A DNA stretch of 64,000 nt, taken from positions 48,670,001 through 48,734,000 of the forward strand of contig NC_043001.1 in the NCBI RefSeq assembly GCF_006345805.1, read 5' to 3'. The DNA comes from Octopus sinensis. Taxonomy: Eukaryota. Shown piece after piece: positions 51,501 to 64,000 of the stretch. The translations under genes were made by a program, and so were the position numbers. Each line of letters opens with the position of its first letter. Within the stretch, counting starts at the first letter, position 1. The notes below the pieces were generated by a model. That model ran no database searches. It saw only the letters and a program-made list of their open reading frames with translations, and had not been told where the DNA came from.

Positions 51501-53439
51501 AATTTGTGTTTGAATTCTCTAAGAATCAAAACAGATTTAACTTTGTAAAATTACTGCTTTTCCTGAAGTACTGAGTTCTTTATTTCATTTTTGTAAACCT
51601 TATTCTTATGGACAAATGCAATGAACTATGCCTGTGCACACATTCATACACACACACACTGACTCATGGATGCATTGCATTTATGAAAATTGTGGAGTTC
51701 TATGGCATGAAATGCATTTCTCTTTGAGTTCTGTGCTCAGTAACTTCCACTTGTAACAGAACTCCACATTACAAAAATGTTTTCTGGAACTCACCAATTC
51801 CGTAGCAAAAAGGATGTGTATGTATATACATGTGCATATATTTTCCCATTTTATATATCAATGAAGGAAGTAAACAACCACAAAAAAATGCAAGTGTTCA
51901 TCAAATAAAGTCCTTTGTGGTGTTTGTTCGACACCAATTTACTAACACTCCCGTGTGATATACCCCAGAAGACCAGTGATTGGCCCATAAAAACACACTA
52001 ATTGCAATATATATATTTAATATAATATATATATATATATATATATACTCTTTTACTTGTTTCAGTCATTTGACTGTGGCCATGCTGGAGCACCACCTTA
52101 GTTGAACAAATCGACCCCAGTACTTATTCTTTGTAAGCCTAGTACTTATTTTATCAGTCTATTTTGCCAGACCACTAAGTTATGGGGACATAAACACATC
52201 AGCATCGGTTGTCAAGTGATGTTAGTAGGACAAACACACACATATATACATACATACGACGGACTTCATTCAGTTTCCGTCTACCAAATCCACTCACAAG
52301 GCATTGGTCAGCCTGAAGCTATAGTAGAAGACACTTACTCAAGGTGACATGCTGTGGGACTGAACCCGGAACCATGTGGTTGGTAAGCAAGCTACTTGCC
52401 ACACAGCCACTCCTTCACCTATCTAAAATGAATTTTGTGCCATGAAAGTTAAATAAAAATATCTGATAGTGTGGATTTTGATAAGGAAGCACTAATGGAT
52501 TTTAATGAATATTACTATACCTAGAGACCATAAATACTGCCCAAAAGGAATTTAAAGATATTTGTTAAGTACTTCCAACTTAGGTTAGTGTTCTCAAGAA
52601 TGTGGAGATAACAAGCATAATATCAATAATAGGCTCTAGGCTTAATTTACCAATAGTTTCCACTCTACTTCAAACAACTTCAAATAAAAATAAGCATCAA
52701 CTTCAGAACAAAATCTACATTGCTTGGAACTGTTAATATTGAAAGAAAAGCACTTTCTGTCTGAAGTCTTCGGAACTGGTTGGAAAGAAACATTGTTTTC
52801 GTAATCTAGTAAGTCAATCAACACGTACATGGTCTATACAGACACAAAGAGATACTACTACTACTACTACTACTGCTGCTGCTGCTACTGCTGCCACCAC
52901 CGATAATAGTAAAATACCAACAACAACAGCAGTCTGTGGAGGCATAATGGCCCAGTGGTTCGGGCAGTGGACTCACGGTCGTAAGAATGCGGTTTCGATT
53001 CCTGGTCTGAGCATTGTAAGTGTTTATTGAGCAAAAACACCTAAGCTCCACAAGGCTCTGGCAGGGGAGTGTGGTGAACCCCACTGTACGCTTTCACCAC
53101 AACTTTCTCTCACTCTTTCTTCCCACTTCTGCTACAAAGCAGAGGAACCATGGTGTGACCCACTATGGTGTGGTAAACTTTCAGACCCTAGTCTAGATTG
53201 CGAATCCTCTGTACCCCAGGATGGTTCAGCTCTCCACCCATTAAAAGCCACCGTTTACGGAATGAGGATAACAACATAGCTTTCATGCCCATGCAACTGC
53301 CAGTCTATCACGTGTGGTGGGTGGATCTTCAAGTTGCCACACACATTCTTAGTAGCTTAGAGTAGGCTCAAATTAGAGATTATTCTTTGTGGCTAATGGC
53401 ATGAGTCTTGATTGGAAGAAGAAGAAGAAGAAAACAGCA

Positions 53440-53804
53440 GCCTTTTCTACAATTGATACAAGGCTTGAAGTATTTTAGGAGAGTGGGGAGGCTAGTAGAT
53501 TATATTAACCCCAGTACTTAACTGGTACATACTTTATCGACCCCAAATGGATGAAAGGCAAAGTCAACCTAATAATAGTAATACTTTATACAATAGGCAC
53601 AAGGTCTGAAATTTAGGGGCAAGAAGTTAGCCGATTACATCAACCCCATTGCTTAGCTGGTACCTACTTTATTGTCCACATAAGACTGAAAGGCAACGTC
53701 AACCTTGGCTAAATTTGAACTCAAAATGTAAAGACAAACAATATACTACTAAGCATTTTGTCTGGCTAATGATTCTGCAAGATTGCTTCCATAATAATAT
53801 TAAT

Positions 53805-53835
<31 letters not shown>

Positions 53836-55440
53836 GTTTAACGTCCGTTTTCCGCGCTAGCACGGGTTGGACGGTTCGACCGGGGTCTGGGAAGCCAGGG
53901 GCCGCTCCAGGCTCCAGTCTGATCTGGCAGTTTCTACGGCTGGATGCCCTTCCTAACGCCAACCACTCCGTGAGTGGAGTGGGTGCTTTTTACGTGCCAC
54001 CTGCACAGGGGCCGGGGGGTCCGGCATCGGTCACGATCGGTTCGAGCTTTTAACGTGCCAGCGGCACGGGGGCAACGGGATCCGGGGTACTTTGAATGGG
54101 TAGGGGGTATGTGGAATTGCTGCAGAAAGCAGCCCGGGTCTTTGCAGTCACAGCATATCTCCAGAGATCTCGGTCCTTCGCCATTGCCTCAGTGAGGCCC
54201 AATGCTCTGAGGTCATGCTTGACTACCTCATCCCATGTCTTCCTGGGTCTACCTCTCCCCCTGATACCTTCAACTGTTTGGGAGTGGCACTTCTTCACAC
54301 ATCTCTCTTCATCCATCCTCAGCACATGACCATACCATCGCAAGCATCGCTCTTGCACACCACATCTGATGCTTCTTATATCCAGCATTTCTCTCAGGAT
54401 GCTTACACTCTGTCTTGCGTGCACACTGACACTACACATCCAGCGGATCATGCTAGCTTCATTTCTTTCAAGTCTACGCATGTCCTCTGCAGTCACAGCC
54501 CATGTTTCATTACCGTGAAGCATGGCAGTTCGCACACATGCATCATACAATCTACCTTTCGTTCTGAGGGAGAGACCTTTTGTTGTCAGTAGGGGTAGGA
54601 GCTTTCTGAACTTAGCCCAGGCTATTCGTATTCTAGTGGTGGGTTTCACAAATTGATACAAGGCCAGAAATTTTGGGGTAGGGTATAAGTCAGTTACATC
54701 GACCCTAGTGTTCAACTGGTACTTATTTTATCAACTCCGAAAGGATCATAGGCAGTCAGCCTTGGTAGAATTTGAACTCAGAATATAAAGATAGATGAAA
54801 TTCCTTAAGCATTTTGTCTAGCATGCTGACAATTGTGTGAGCTCACTGCCTTAATCATGATAAGGATTATAATAATCCTTTCTACTATAGGCACAAGTTT
54901 TGTAAGGAGGGAGCTAGTTGATTACATCAACCCCATTGTGTAACTGCTACTTATTTCATCAACCCTGAAAGGATGAAAAGCAAAGTCAACCTTAGCAGAA
55001 TTTGAATTCAGAATATAAGGACAAAGTGCTGCTAAGCATTTTGCCTGGCATACTAACAATTCTGCCAGCTTACCACCTCAATGATCATGTTCATCATCAT
55101 AATAATAATCCTTTCTATTACAGGCAGGAGGCCCAAAATTTGGAGGAGGGCATAGTCGATTACACCAACCCAGTACTCAACTAGTACTTATTTTATTGAC
55201 CCTGAAATAATCTTTTCTACTCTAGGCACAAGACCCAAAATTTTTGGGTAGGGAGCAAGTCGATTAGATTTACCCCAGTATGCAACTGGTACTTAATTTA
55301 TTGACCCCCAAAAGGATGAAAGGCAAAGTCCACCTCAGCGGAATTTGAACTTGGAACGTCACGATGGATGAAATACTGCTAAGCATTTTGCCTGGTATGC
55401 TAATGATACTGCCTTAAAAATAATGATGATGGTTATAATA

Positions 55441-55471
<31 letters not shown>

Positions 55472-55650
55472 GTAATAATAATTATGATGCTTTTTACTAT
55501 AGACAAAAGGCCTGAGATTTTGGTGTGAGGATGTAAGTCTGCATTGATCCCATTGCTTGACTGGTATATATTTCATCAACCCTAGGAAAATGAAAGGCTA
55601 ATTGATCTCAGTGGAGTTTGATCTCAAAAGATAGAAATGTCACTAAAAAC
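53440..55650 (-). mobile_element. Cluster of degenerate minus-strand SINE family B copies around an RTE fragment
   Basis: Recurrent ctactataggcacaagg...gattacatcaacccc...gaaaggatgaaaggcaaagtcaacc...gaatttgaactc. Confidence 0.8.
53808..54636 (-). mobile_element. 5'-truncated RTE-clade LINE (RT C-terminus, 3' UTR, (GAT)n tail)
   Basis: RIAWAKFRKLLPLL...KGRLYDACVRTAMLHGNETW...LRWYGHVLRM...GRGRPRKTWDEVVKHDL...DRDLWR. Confidence 0.95.
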
Positions 55651-55710
55651 TTTGACCAGTATAATAATAATAATAATAATTGTATAAAAGATAGTGGGTA
55701 AGGCCAAAAC

Positions 55711-55893
55711 AATGTGAAGTAAATCACAAGAAAACAAATATGTGAATTAATGTAGACTTACCTTGTATTCAATATTTCGGAGTTATAACCCCATTTTCAA
55801 GAACATTCATCAATTTCATAACCCCAAAATATTGAATACAAGGTAAGTTCACATTAATTCACATATTTGTTTTCTTATGATTTACCTTGCATT
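55711..55893. repeat. 183-bp imperfect hairpin (76-bp arms, 31-nt loop)
   Basis: Arms 55711-55786 and 55818-55893, 8 mismatches by manual alignment. Confidence 0.9.
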
Positions 55894-58307
55894 TACTTTG
55901 CATCTTTCTCTTGTATCACAGAATAGATCTTCTGCTTGGTCAGGAGGGCACCTATATCTATAGGTGATTACATAGATACCTAAAACAATTAGTAAAAACA
56001 TGATGCATGCTACCAAGTTGTACTAGTTTGTGAGTTGCTTATATGTTACATTGCTAGCTTCAATTACACCTATAGGTTAAAATATATAAATACATTTTAG
56101 AAACTTTTTTCACCATTTAGTGAAAAGGGCAATGGCAACATGCAAAGCCCTTTACTTTTCAGAGTCTCTAAGATTGGTGAGAAGGAAAGTTTTCTTCATT
56201 GAAGCTAGAAATATAGTCTGGTTATTTGCAGTGGAATGAATTCTGTTAAAGGCACCAAAAGACCAAGGTATGATTTTAAACCAGGTTTAAATGTATTAAG
56301 TCTAAAACACCTTAACAATTCTATTAGTCCACTACCCCGGACTAGTACCTTATTTTATAAACTTTAAAAGCACGAAAGGCAAAGTTGACTTCATTGGGAT
56401 TTGAACTTGGTGCATAGAGAGTTAGAAAGAAACATTAATGCATTTTGTTCTAATCTGTAACAATTTTGCTAATTCACAGCAATACACCAAAATATATTTT
56501 CCTCTAAAGTGTGCCATAATAGATTTTCTGGTAGGTCATCATTGTTGGTGACATTGGCATTTTAATGTTCACTTTTCCATGCTTGTATGAGTTGGACAGA
56601 ATTTGGTGAGGCAGATTTTCAGTAGCCAGATGCACTTCCTGTCACCAACCTTCACCTGTTTCTAAGTCAGATAATATTCCTTATGATCAGAAATGTTTCA
56701 CATAAGAATTGGAAATGAAGGACACTGCTTGCATGTCAGTAAAATTTGTTTATGACTATCATGTGAAGTCACAGCAAGGAGACAGAAACATACAAACACA
56801 CACACACACACACACACGTCTCTTATGTTTTACTTGTTTCAGTCTGCAACCATCCTGGGGCACTGTTTTGAAGAATTTTTAGTCAAATGAATCAACCCTA
56901 GGAATTTTTTTTAAAGTTTAAGCCTGGTACTTATTTTATCGGTCTTTTACCAAACTGCCAAGTTATGGAGACATAAACACAAAGTCACACACACACATAT
57001 ATGACATGCTTCTTTCAGTTTCCGTCTACCAAATTCACTTATAAGGCTTTGGACGACCCGAGTCTATAGTGGAAGACACTTGCCCAAGGTGCCATACAGT
57101 GGGACTGAACCTGGAACCATGTAGTTGGGAAGCAAGCTCCTTAACACACAGCCACACCTGATATATTCTTTTATACATTTCAGCCTAAAGGTTGTGGCTA
57201 TGCTGGAGCACAAATATATAAGACGGTTTTGGAATCACTGTTTTAGGGTATGGGATATTTCGGTATGTAAAACAATGGTACTCAAGCTGACATACCCAGG
57301 CTGAACAGGAATTAAATAATAACTAGAGGAAAAGGACCAAAAGTACACAATACACATATCTTAGGAAATAATGCAAAATAACTTGCTGGAACAGGCTTGA
57401 GTGTGTGGTTAAGCAGTTCACTTCACATGCATGTAGTCTCAGGTTCAGTCCCACTTTGTGGCATTTTGAGCAAAAATCTTTTATGATAGTCTTAGATTGA
57501 CCAGTGCCTTGCAAATGAACTTGGTAGATAGAATCTGTGTGAAAGTCCTTTGTGTGTGAGTTTATGCATCTGTTTTTATGTCTGTCTTGGTGTAAACACT
57601 GAAAAGAAAAATCTGATTTTTAAATTTGGTAGTGGGACAAATAGTGATTGCTAAAATAATTATCAGGTACAATGGACTACAAACCTTCTGGGTGGTGTTC
57701 CTGCATGGCTACACTCAAAATAATTTTTGTCCATTTCTCTTATTAATGGCTTCAAATTTTGGCACAAGGCTAGCAACTTTGAGGGAACAGTTAGTCAACC
57801 CTAGACCTCAACTGATAATTTATTTTATCATCCCTGTAAGGAAGAAAGCTAAATTGATCTCAGCAGAATTTGAACTGAGAACATCATTTGGCTTAGTTTC
57901 ATTAAATGCAACTACAACTCAACACCTGGAATATTTGCTTATAAAACTGTAAAAAAAAGACTTCCTTTGAATTAACCTTCTAACTTATCAGACTCAATTT
58001 TATGAGTTTTAAATTTTATTTAAATTTCTTTTTTATTTCTGCAAATATTTTTGTAAACAAACAGAATATATAATATATTCATAGACATGAGTAAACAGGA
58101 TAAAATATAAAGTGTATTTCATAGATAAGAATGTAAACAATAAGAAAATAAAAGTGTCTTTATAGTTAAATATGTAAACAGGCAGAATATATATATATAA
58201 ATATATATATATGTGTTTGTATATGCATTTGTATGTGTGTGTGTGTATACATATATATATATATATATATATATGATTTATATACTGAACTAAATATACT
58301 AAATATA

Positions 58308-58496
58308 ATGTGACAGTTATTCGGTAGCCATGATAAAACTCCGAGTTTCGGATGTTGGGGCGGAAGCCCATGCCGCCATCACTTCAGTTATCCGGCCATC
58401 AAAAAAATGCAGATAACTGAAGAGATGGCGGCATGGGTTTCCGCCCCGACATCCAAAAATCGGAGTTTTATCATGGCTACCGAATAATTGTCACAT
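58308..58496. ncRNA. Inverted pair of type I hammerhead motifs (85-bp arms)
   Basis: Each arm reads GATAA-CTGAAG(A/T)-GATG..CATCC-(G/A)AAA(C/A)-TCGGAG-TT-TTATC on its own strand. Confidence 0.7.
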
Positions 58497-58571
58497 ATGT
58501 TTACAGATAAATTCCTCTATTTACATAATATCGAGGTCTCTTTCATTCTTTTGTTGTCTTACCATTTCTAT

Positions 58572-58616
<45 letters not shown>

Positions 58617-58818
58617 ATCTTCTTTGTGGTAATTTCGAAGTATTTTGGTGAAAAATTTTTTACAACAAACTGGGAAAATTACCTTTGAACTTGTACATAT
58701 TAGTGATAATTTCAACTTTTATCCCAAAATAGAAATAAATTTAATTATCCTGTTATTCTGTTGGCCACTTACAATAGTTAAGAAGAAAAAAACATTTACT
58801 AATCTTCGTGTCAGTTAA

Positions 58819-59935
58819 CCCTTTTGTTACTATATTTCTGACCAAAATACACCCCTCATGAGTTTCAATTAAATTCTAAAATAATCATGAATCTAGGCTT
58901 GTTTCATTAAATAACTGTAACTTTTTCACTTATCAACACATTAATGTGATATTTGGAACATAATTAAAGAAAGGGTTCTTAATCAATTCTATTGCATAAC
59001 TTTTTTCTCAAAGTGACTTTAATTACAGGTAAATCCAAGTAAATTGAGCAAAAGGTAAAAATATTAAAATTTTAAATTGAGCAAAAGGTAAAAATATTAA
59101 AATTTTGTTTAAACATCACCATAGAAAATAAATCATCAGGTAATGTTCAAATGGGTATGCAACAAAATTTTGATAAAAAAAAATTGTGCACATCACTAGA
59201 TCATCAGTTGAATTTAATGCACAACAGGTGTACCATAAAGGTGGAATAAACTGAAATACTGGAATCCACCGTAAGTTTGACCGAACTAAAGAAATCGGTC
59301 AAAAAATAATATACGGCCCTGGTTATGGTATGGAAGTGATAAATTCCAGACCACATCGTTCCCTAGGCCATGCTGACTAACATTATTTTCCCTGTATAAA
59401 AACTAAATCCACGCAGTACCCAGTATTTGCTTCACAAATTTTCCAAACTTTGAACCCCCATTTTGTGTTTGTTTACATTCTGCGTAAGTTTGTTTCTGCA
59501 TTGATCGCTTCAAACAATAACTTCCAGACCACATCATACCCTAAGCCATGCTGACTAACATTAGTTTCCCTGTATAAAAACTAAATCCACAACAGTACCC
59601 AGTATTTGTTTCACAAATTTTCCAATTCGGAATCAATGCTTGATAACATGAAACTCCTATCCATTTTCAAAATTGTAGAAAAATCGATGCTGAAAAAAAT
59701 GTGGTAAAAAATCTCCCAAAATTCAGGGAATTAAAATTACATGTTGATCGTTGTACAAAACTGTAGATGAACTGTTTACGAAGTATAATCACATGTTTTC
59801 ACGAATGTACTAAAGAGATTTGCTCTGATATTCTCATTTAAATATGAATAGGTAAATTCGGGCAGCTTTGGGCGGTTTGGTCACATTAACCAAAATTTTT
59901 TTCGGGCGGCTTTGGGCGGTTTGGTAACGAAAGGG
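58819..59935 (-). mobile_element. Internally deleted piggyBac derivative (1117 bp) with internal duplications
   Basis: TTAA|CCCTTTTGTTAC...GTAACGAAAGGG|TTAA; duplicated aattgagcaaaaggtaaaaatattaaaatttt block and duplicated ttccagaccacatc...ttttccaa block. Confidence 0.95.
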
Positions 59936-60800
59936 TTAATAGATAGATGGACAATTGTCAAATATATTTAGCAAAATGTGAAATTGAAGTGTTTGTTATT
60001 CTTTATTCAGTTGTTCACATGGAAATTAGATTCTCATTAAAGGTTGAATGGGGGCACATGACTTATTGGTTAGGGTGTTAAAATCATGATTGTGGTTTTG
60101 ATTCCTGGACCAAGGGAAACGTTGTGTTCTTGAGCAAACACTTCATGTTGCTTCAGTTCACTTAGCTGGCAAAAACGAGTGATCCTGAAACTGACTGGCG
60201 TCCTATCCAAGGAGAAGATATATGTACCATGGAAACTGAGAAACTGGCCTATGAGTCTGTATGACTTGGGAAGGATCTTTATCTCTTATCTTATTATTCA
60301 CAGTTGAGTATCCTTCTTATCCTTAACGAGAAAATAGCCATTGTAAAGTTAAGGGCAAAGAGAAGAAATGTGATAGGACCATTATTAAGGTAGATAGATA
60401 TATTAAACCAATAATGATTATATCCTTCTGGCTTGTGGTGGTGGGGAAACTAGTTACTCGTTTTCTCTTATATGCTTTTATGTATTTCATTCATTGGAGT
60501 GTGGCCATGCAGGAGCACCATCCTGAAGGTTTGTAGTCCATTACACCTGGTACTTATTTTAGCAATTGCTATTTGTCCTATTGCCTAGTTACAAAACATG
60601 GATTTATCTTTGTAGTGTTTACACAAAGACAGGCTTAGAAACATGCATACACACACTCACACGCAAGGGACTTCCACACAGATTCCATTTACCAAGTTCA
60701 TTTGCAAGGCATTGGTCAATCTAAGACTATCATAAAAGACTTTTGCTCAAAGTGCCACAAAATGGGACTGAACCTGGGACTGAACCAACATATACCAACA

Positions 60801-60991
60801 ATGATGTAATGATTGTTGGTATATGTTGTGAATGTTGTTTTTACCTGTTGTCATATCACTGTCACCTGTCCAGGTAGGTTGAACACAAGTAAGTTGATTA
60901 CATGTAGATGTTTTCACATATATTTACAAACATATCAATTCCCGGGCATTGATTTCCTGTCTCAGAGTTGAATTTTTACCAATAGTTTCTG
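60801..60991 (+). repeat. 191-bp direct duplicate of 61705-61895
   Basis: Identical by manual comparison. Confidence 0.95.
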
Positions 60992-62582
60992 CTTGTGAAG
61001 TGAACTGCTTAACCACATACCCAAGCCTGTTTCTGCAAGTTACTTTGCATTATTTCTTAAGATGTGTAATGTGTACTTTTGGTCCTTTTCCTCTAGTTAT
61101 TGTTTAACTCCGTTTCAGCCTTGTTGGATTGAGCAAACTTACGATGGAAGGCATTTCAGTCATGACCACCCCATCCTTTTTTAGACACATTTTATCTACA
61201 GCTACCCAAAGCCCCTTTACAAACCACAACATCCAGTCCTTTTCTCACCATATTTTTTTACTTTTAACCATTCAAGAACATTAATGATAACAAATGAAGC
61301 TGAAACACCCCCAAAGAAACCATGGGGCATGGAACTTTATTTCAAATCAAACCAATTAATGCAAAATAATAATTTCGCAACATATCTATGTCCTTTACTT
61401 TTATAAAACAACAGAATTCAATTTGAGAAAGATTTGGTTGCTATTTCTAGCAGGTCAAATGGCCATGTAGAGTCACATGTTCTTTTTTATGCAGTGATGG
61501 TGGGTATTGTGTTTGTATTTGCTTATTGTATTAGTTGCACTGTCTTTTTATTGTTACGAGTAATTTTTTCAATTCTTGTAGTGTTATGTCTCTAACTCTT
61601 CCAGTCCATTATTAGAAATCAGAGATTTTGATGGAATCCAGTTAGTTCAGTATATAAATCATAAAAATATAATTATTGCAGGAATTTGGATAAAACTTGG
61701 TGGTATGATGTAATGATTGTTGGTATATGTTGTGAATGTTGTTTTTACCTGTTGTCATATCACTGTCACCTGTCCAGGTAGGTTGAACACAAGTAAGTTG
61801 ATTACATGTAGATGTTTTCACATATATTTACAAACATATCAATTCCCGGGCATTGATTTCCTGTCTCAGAGTTGAATTTTTACCAATAGTTTCTGTAACT
61901 TGGAACCAGTACAGCTATCATCAGAGAAAGTATTCTGAGATATGCCTTCATCTTCTCCATTAATGAATGGTTTGCATGTCAATAAACTGCAAAAACGAAG
62001 AATATAAGCAGCAACACCGAACATGCAGAATATAAAGCTGCTATTGCAACATCCATTATCATCATCGTTAATGTTTAATGTCCGTTTGCCATGCTAGCAT
62101 GGGTTGGACAGCCTGACAGGAACTGATAAGGTCAGAGCACCAGTTTCCATAATCTCTTTTGGCTTGGTTTCTACGGCTGGATGCCTTTCCTAACACCAAC
62201 CACTTTACAGTGTGTACTGGCTCTTTTTAAGTGGCACCACCACCCACAACAATTTCACAGCCTAGTGGACAGTGAGTTGGCACCTTGGTTTTAGGATCTC
62301 AATTCTGTTGTGGTTGGCAGGCTTTCTTGAATACAGAAATGTGTGTCATCTCCATAGGATTTAGCATTTCAAGATAAACCTTCAATACTTCATCCCATGT
62401 CTTCCTGGGTCTCCCTCTTCCAACAAGGATATTAATAAAGCCAATATAAACACAATATCAATACCATTTATGGCAACAATTACAACTGGATGGGTGGGTA
62501 GGTGGATGGTTCTCTGTTATTTGATAATGACAGTTTAGTTGTTCAATCTATAGAACCACCATTTTGTTGAATTACTGTTTAA

Positions 62583-63800
62583 CCCTTTCGTTACTATATT
62601 TCTAATCAAAATACACCCCTCATGAGTTTCAATTAAATTCTAAAATAATCATGAATTTAGGCTTGCTTCATTAAATAACTGTAACTTTTTTACTTATCAA
62701 CATATTAATGTGATATTTGGAGCATAATTAAAGAAAGGGTTCTTAATCAATTCTATTACATAACTTTTGTCTCAAAGTGACTTTAATTACAGGTAAATCC
62801 AGGTAAATTGAGCAAAAAGTAAAAATATTAAACTTTTGTTTAAACATCGCCATAGAAAATGAATCATCAGCTAATATTCAAATGGGTATGCAACAAAATT
62901 TTGATAAAGAAAAATTGTGCACATCACTAGATCATCAGTTGTATTTAATGCACAACAGGTGTACCATAAAGGTGGAATAAACTGAAATACTGGAATACAC
63001 CGCAAGTTTGACCGAACTAAAGAAATCGGTCAAAATATAATATACGGCCCTAGTTATGGTATGGAAGGGGTAAATTCCAGACCACATCATTCCCTAGGCC
63101 ATGCTGACTAACATAATTTTCCCTGTATAAAAACTAAATCCACGCAGTACCCAGTATTTGCTTCACAAATTTTCCAAACTTTGATCCCCCATTGTGTGTT
63201 TGTTTACAATCTGCGAAACCATTTGCTTCCACAGTGATCGCTCCAAACAAGCATGCTGAAAAAAATAAAGTCTAATGGTTTCGCTTCCTAAGAAAGACTA
63301 TAGATAAACTATCTCCTCAGAAAAATTGCTAATAAAAACATTTTTAAAGTGTTTTACTTCATTCTGATGTAAAATCGTCTTTGCTGTCGCCATTCTTCGG
63401 AATCACTGCTTTCAGTTTCGGATACCGAAATATCCTATTCATTCTCGTACAGCACGTGCTTTTTATCTCATTCATTCTTTCTCCCTATTTTCCATTGAAA
63501 AAGCTTTAAATTCGTAATCAATGCTTGATAACATGAAACTCCAATCCATTTTCAAAGTTGAAGAAAAATCGATGCCGAAAAAAATGTGGAAAAAAATCTC
63601 CCAAAATTCACTGAGTTCAGATATCAGGTCAAGCAATGTCGGATACTATAAGCCGACTATTTACAAAGTGAAATCACGTATTTTTACAAATGTACCAACG
63701 AGAATTGGGTTCAAATTTACATTTAAATAACAATAGGTTCTCTCGACTGGGTTGGTATTATGAACCAAAACATTTTTCGGCCGGGTTAGTCACGAAAGGG
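62583..63800 (-). mobile_element. Internally deleted piggyBac derivative (1218 bp)
   Basis: TTAA|CCCTTTCGTTAC...GTCACGAAAGGG|TTAA; shares the deletion junction after the KWG codons with the 58819 copy. Confidence 0.95.
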
Positions 63801-64000
63801 TTAATTGACTGAGCCTTCCACTGACCTATGTACCCTTAACCCCTTTGCTTGTCCTGTGTATCTCAGGATAAACTGATCATATTTCCCTGGCATTGATACA
63901 TCATATATGAGATGCAGATTCCTAATTTTTTTCAACCACCAGAGTAACTTTGGACTTATGAAAGGAAAATTTTATATTACTCAGAACATGTTAAGCAAGG

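Noticed and set aside
54637-54715. N-terminal part of the 221-aa ORF at 54050-54715
   Set aside because: Read-through from an adjacent SINE fragment; RT homology starts only at about 54636, so this is not a real start

Overview
AT-rich, repeat-saturated eukaryotic DNA. The repeat landscape (tRNA-headed SINE families with internal microsatellites, RTE-LINE (GAT)n tails, long (TA)n/(CA)n tracts) points to an Octopus or other coleoid cephalopod genome; this is inferred from pattern recognition, not a database search. I find no intact host protein-coding gene, and most ORFs in the track are microsatellite translations. Recognisable coding remnants are all transposon-derived and all on the minus strand: a Helitron Pif1 helicase, a pogo/Tigger transposase, a near full-length piggyBac transposase plus four deletion derivatives, a Tc1/mariner (maT-like) transposase and an RTE reverse-transcriptase C-terminus. 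Together with one candidate + strand non-coding exon, this suggests a large intron of a + strand gene. The most unusual signals are: (i) several type I hammerhead-ribozyme motifs, one essentially intact at 5437-5524, one inside a head-to-head tRNA-headed element at about 41.0-41.3 kb, and a twin inverted pair at 58.3-58.5 kb; (ii) an intron-containing pre-tRNA-Ile(UAU) fused at its Pol III terminator to an RTE 3' tail; (iii) a 291-bp near-perfect palindrome; (iv) a locally templated 191-bp insertion with a snap-back junction inside one arm of an inverted duplication.
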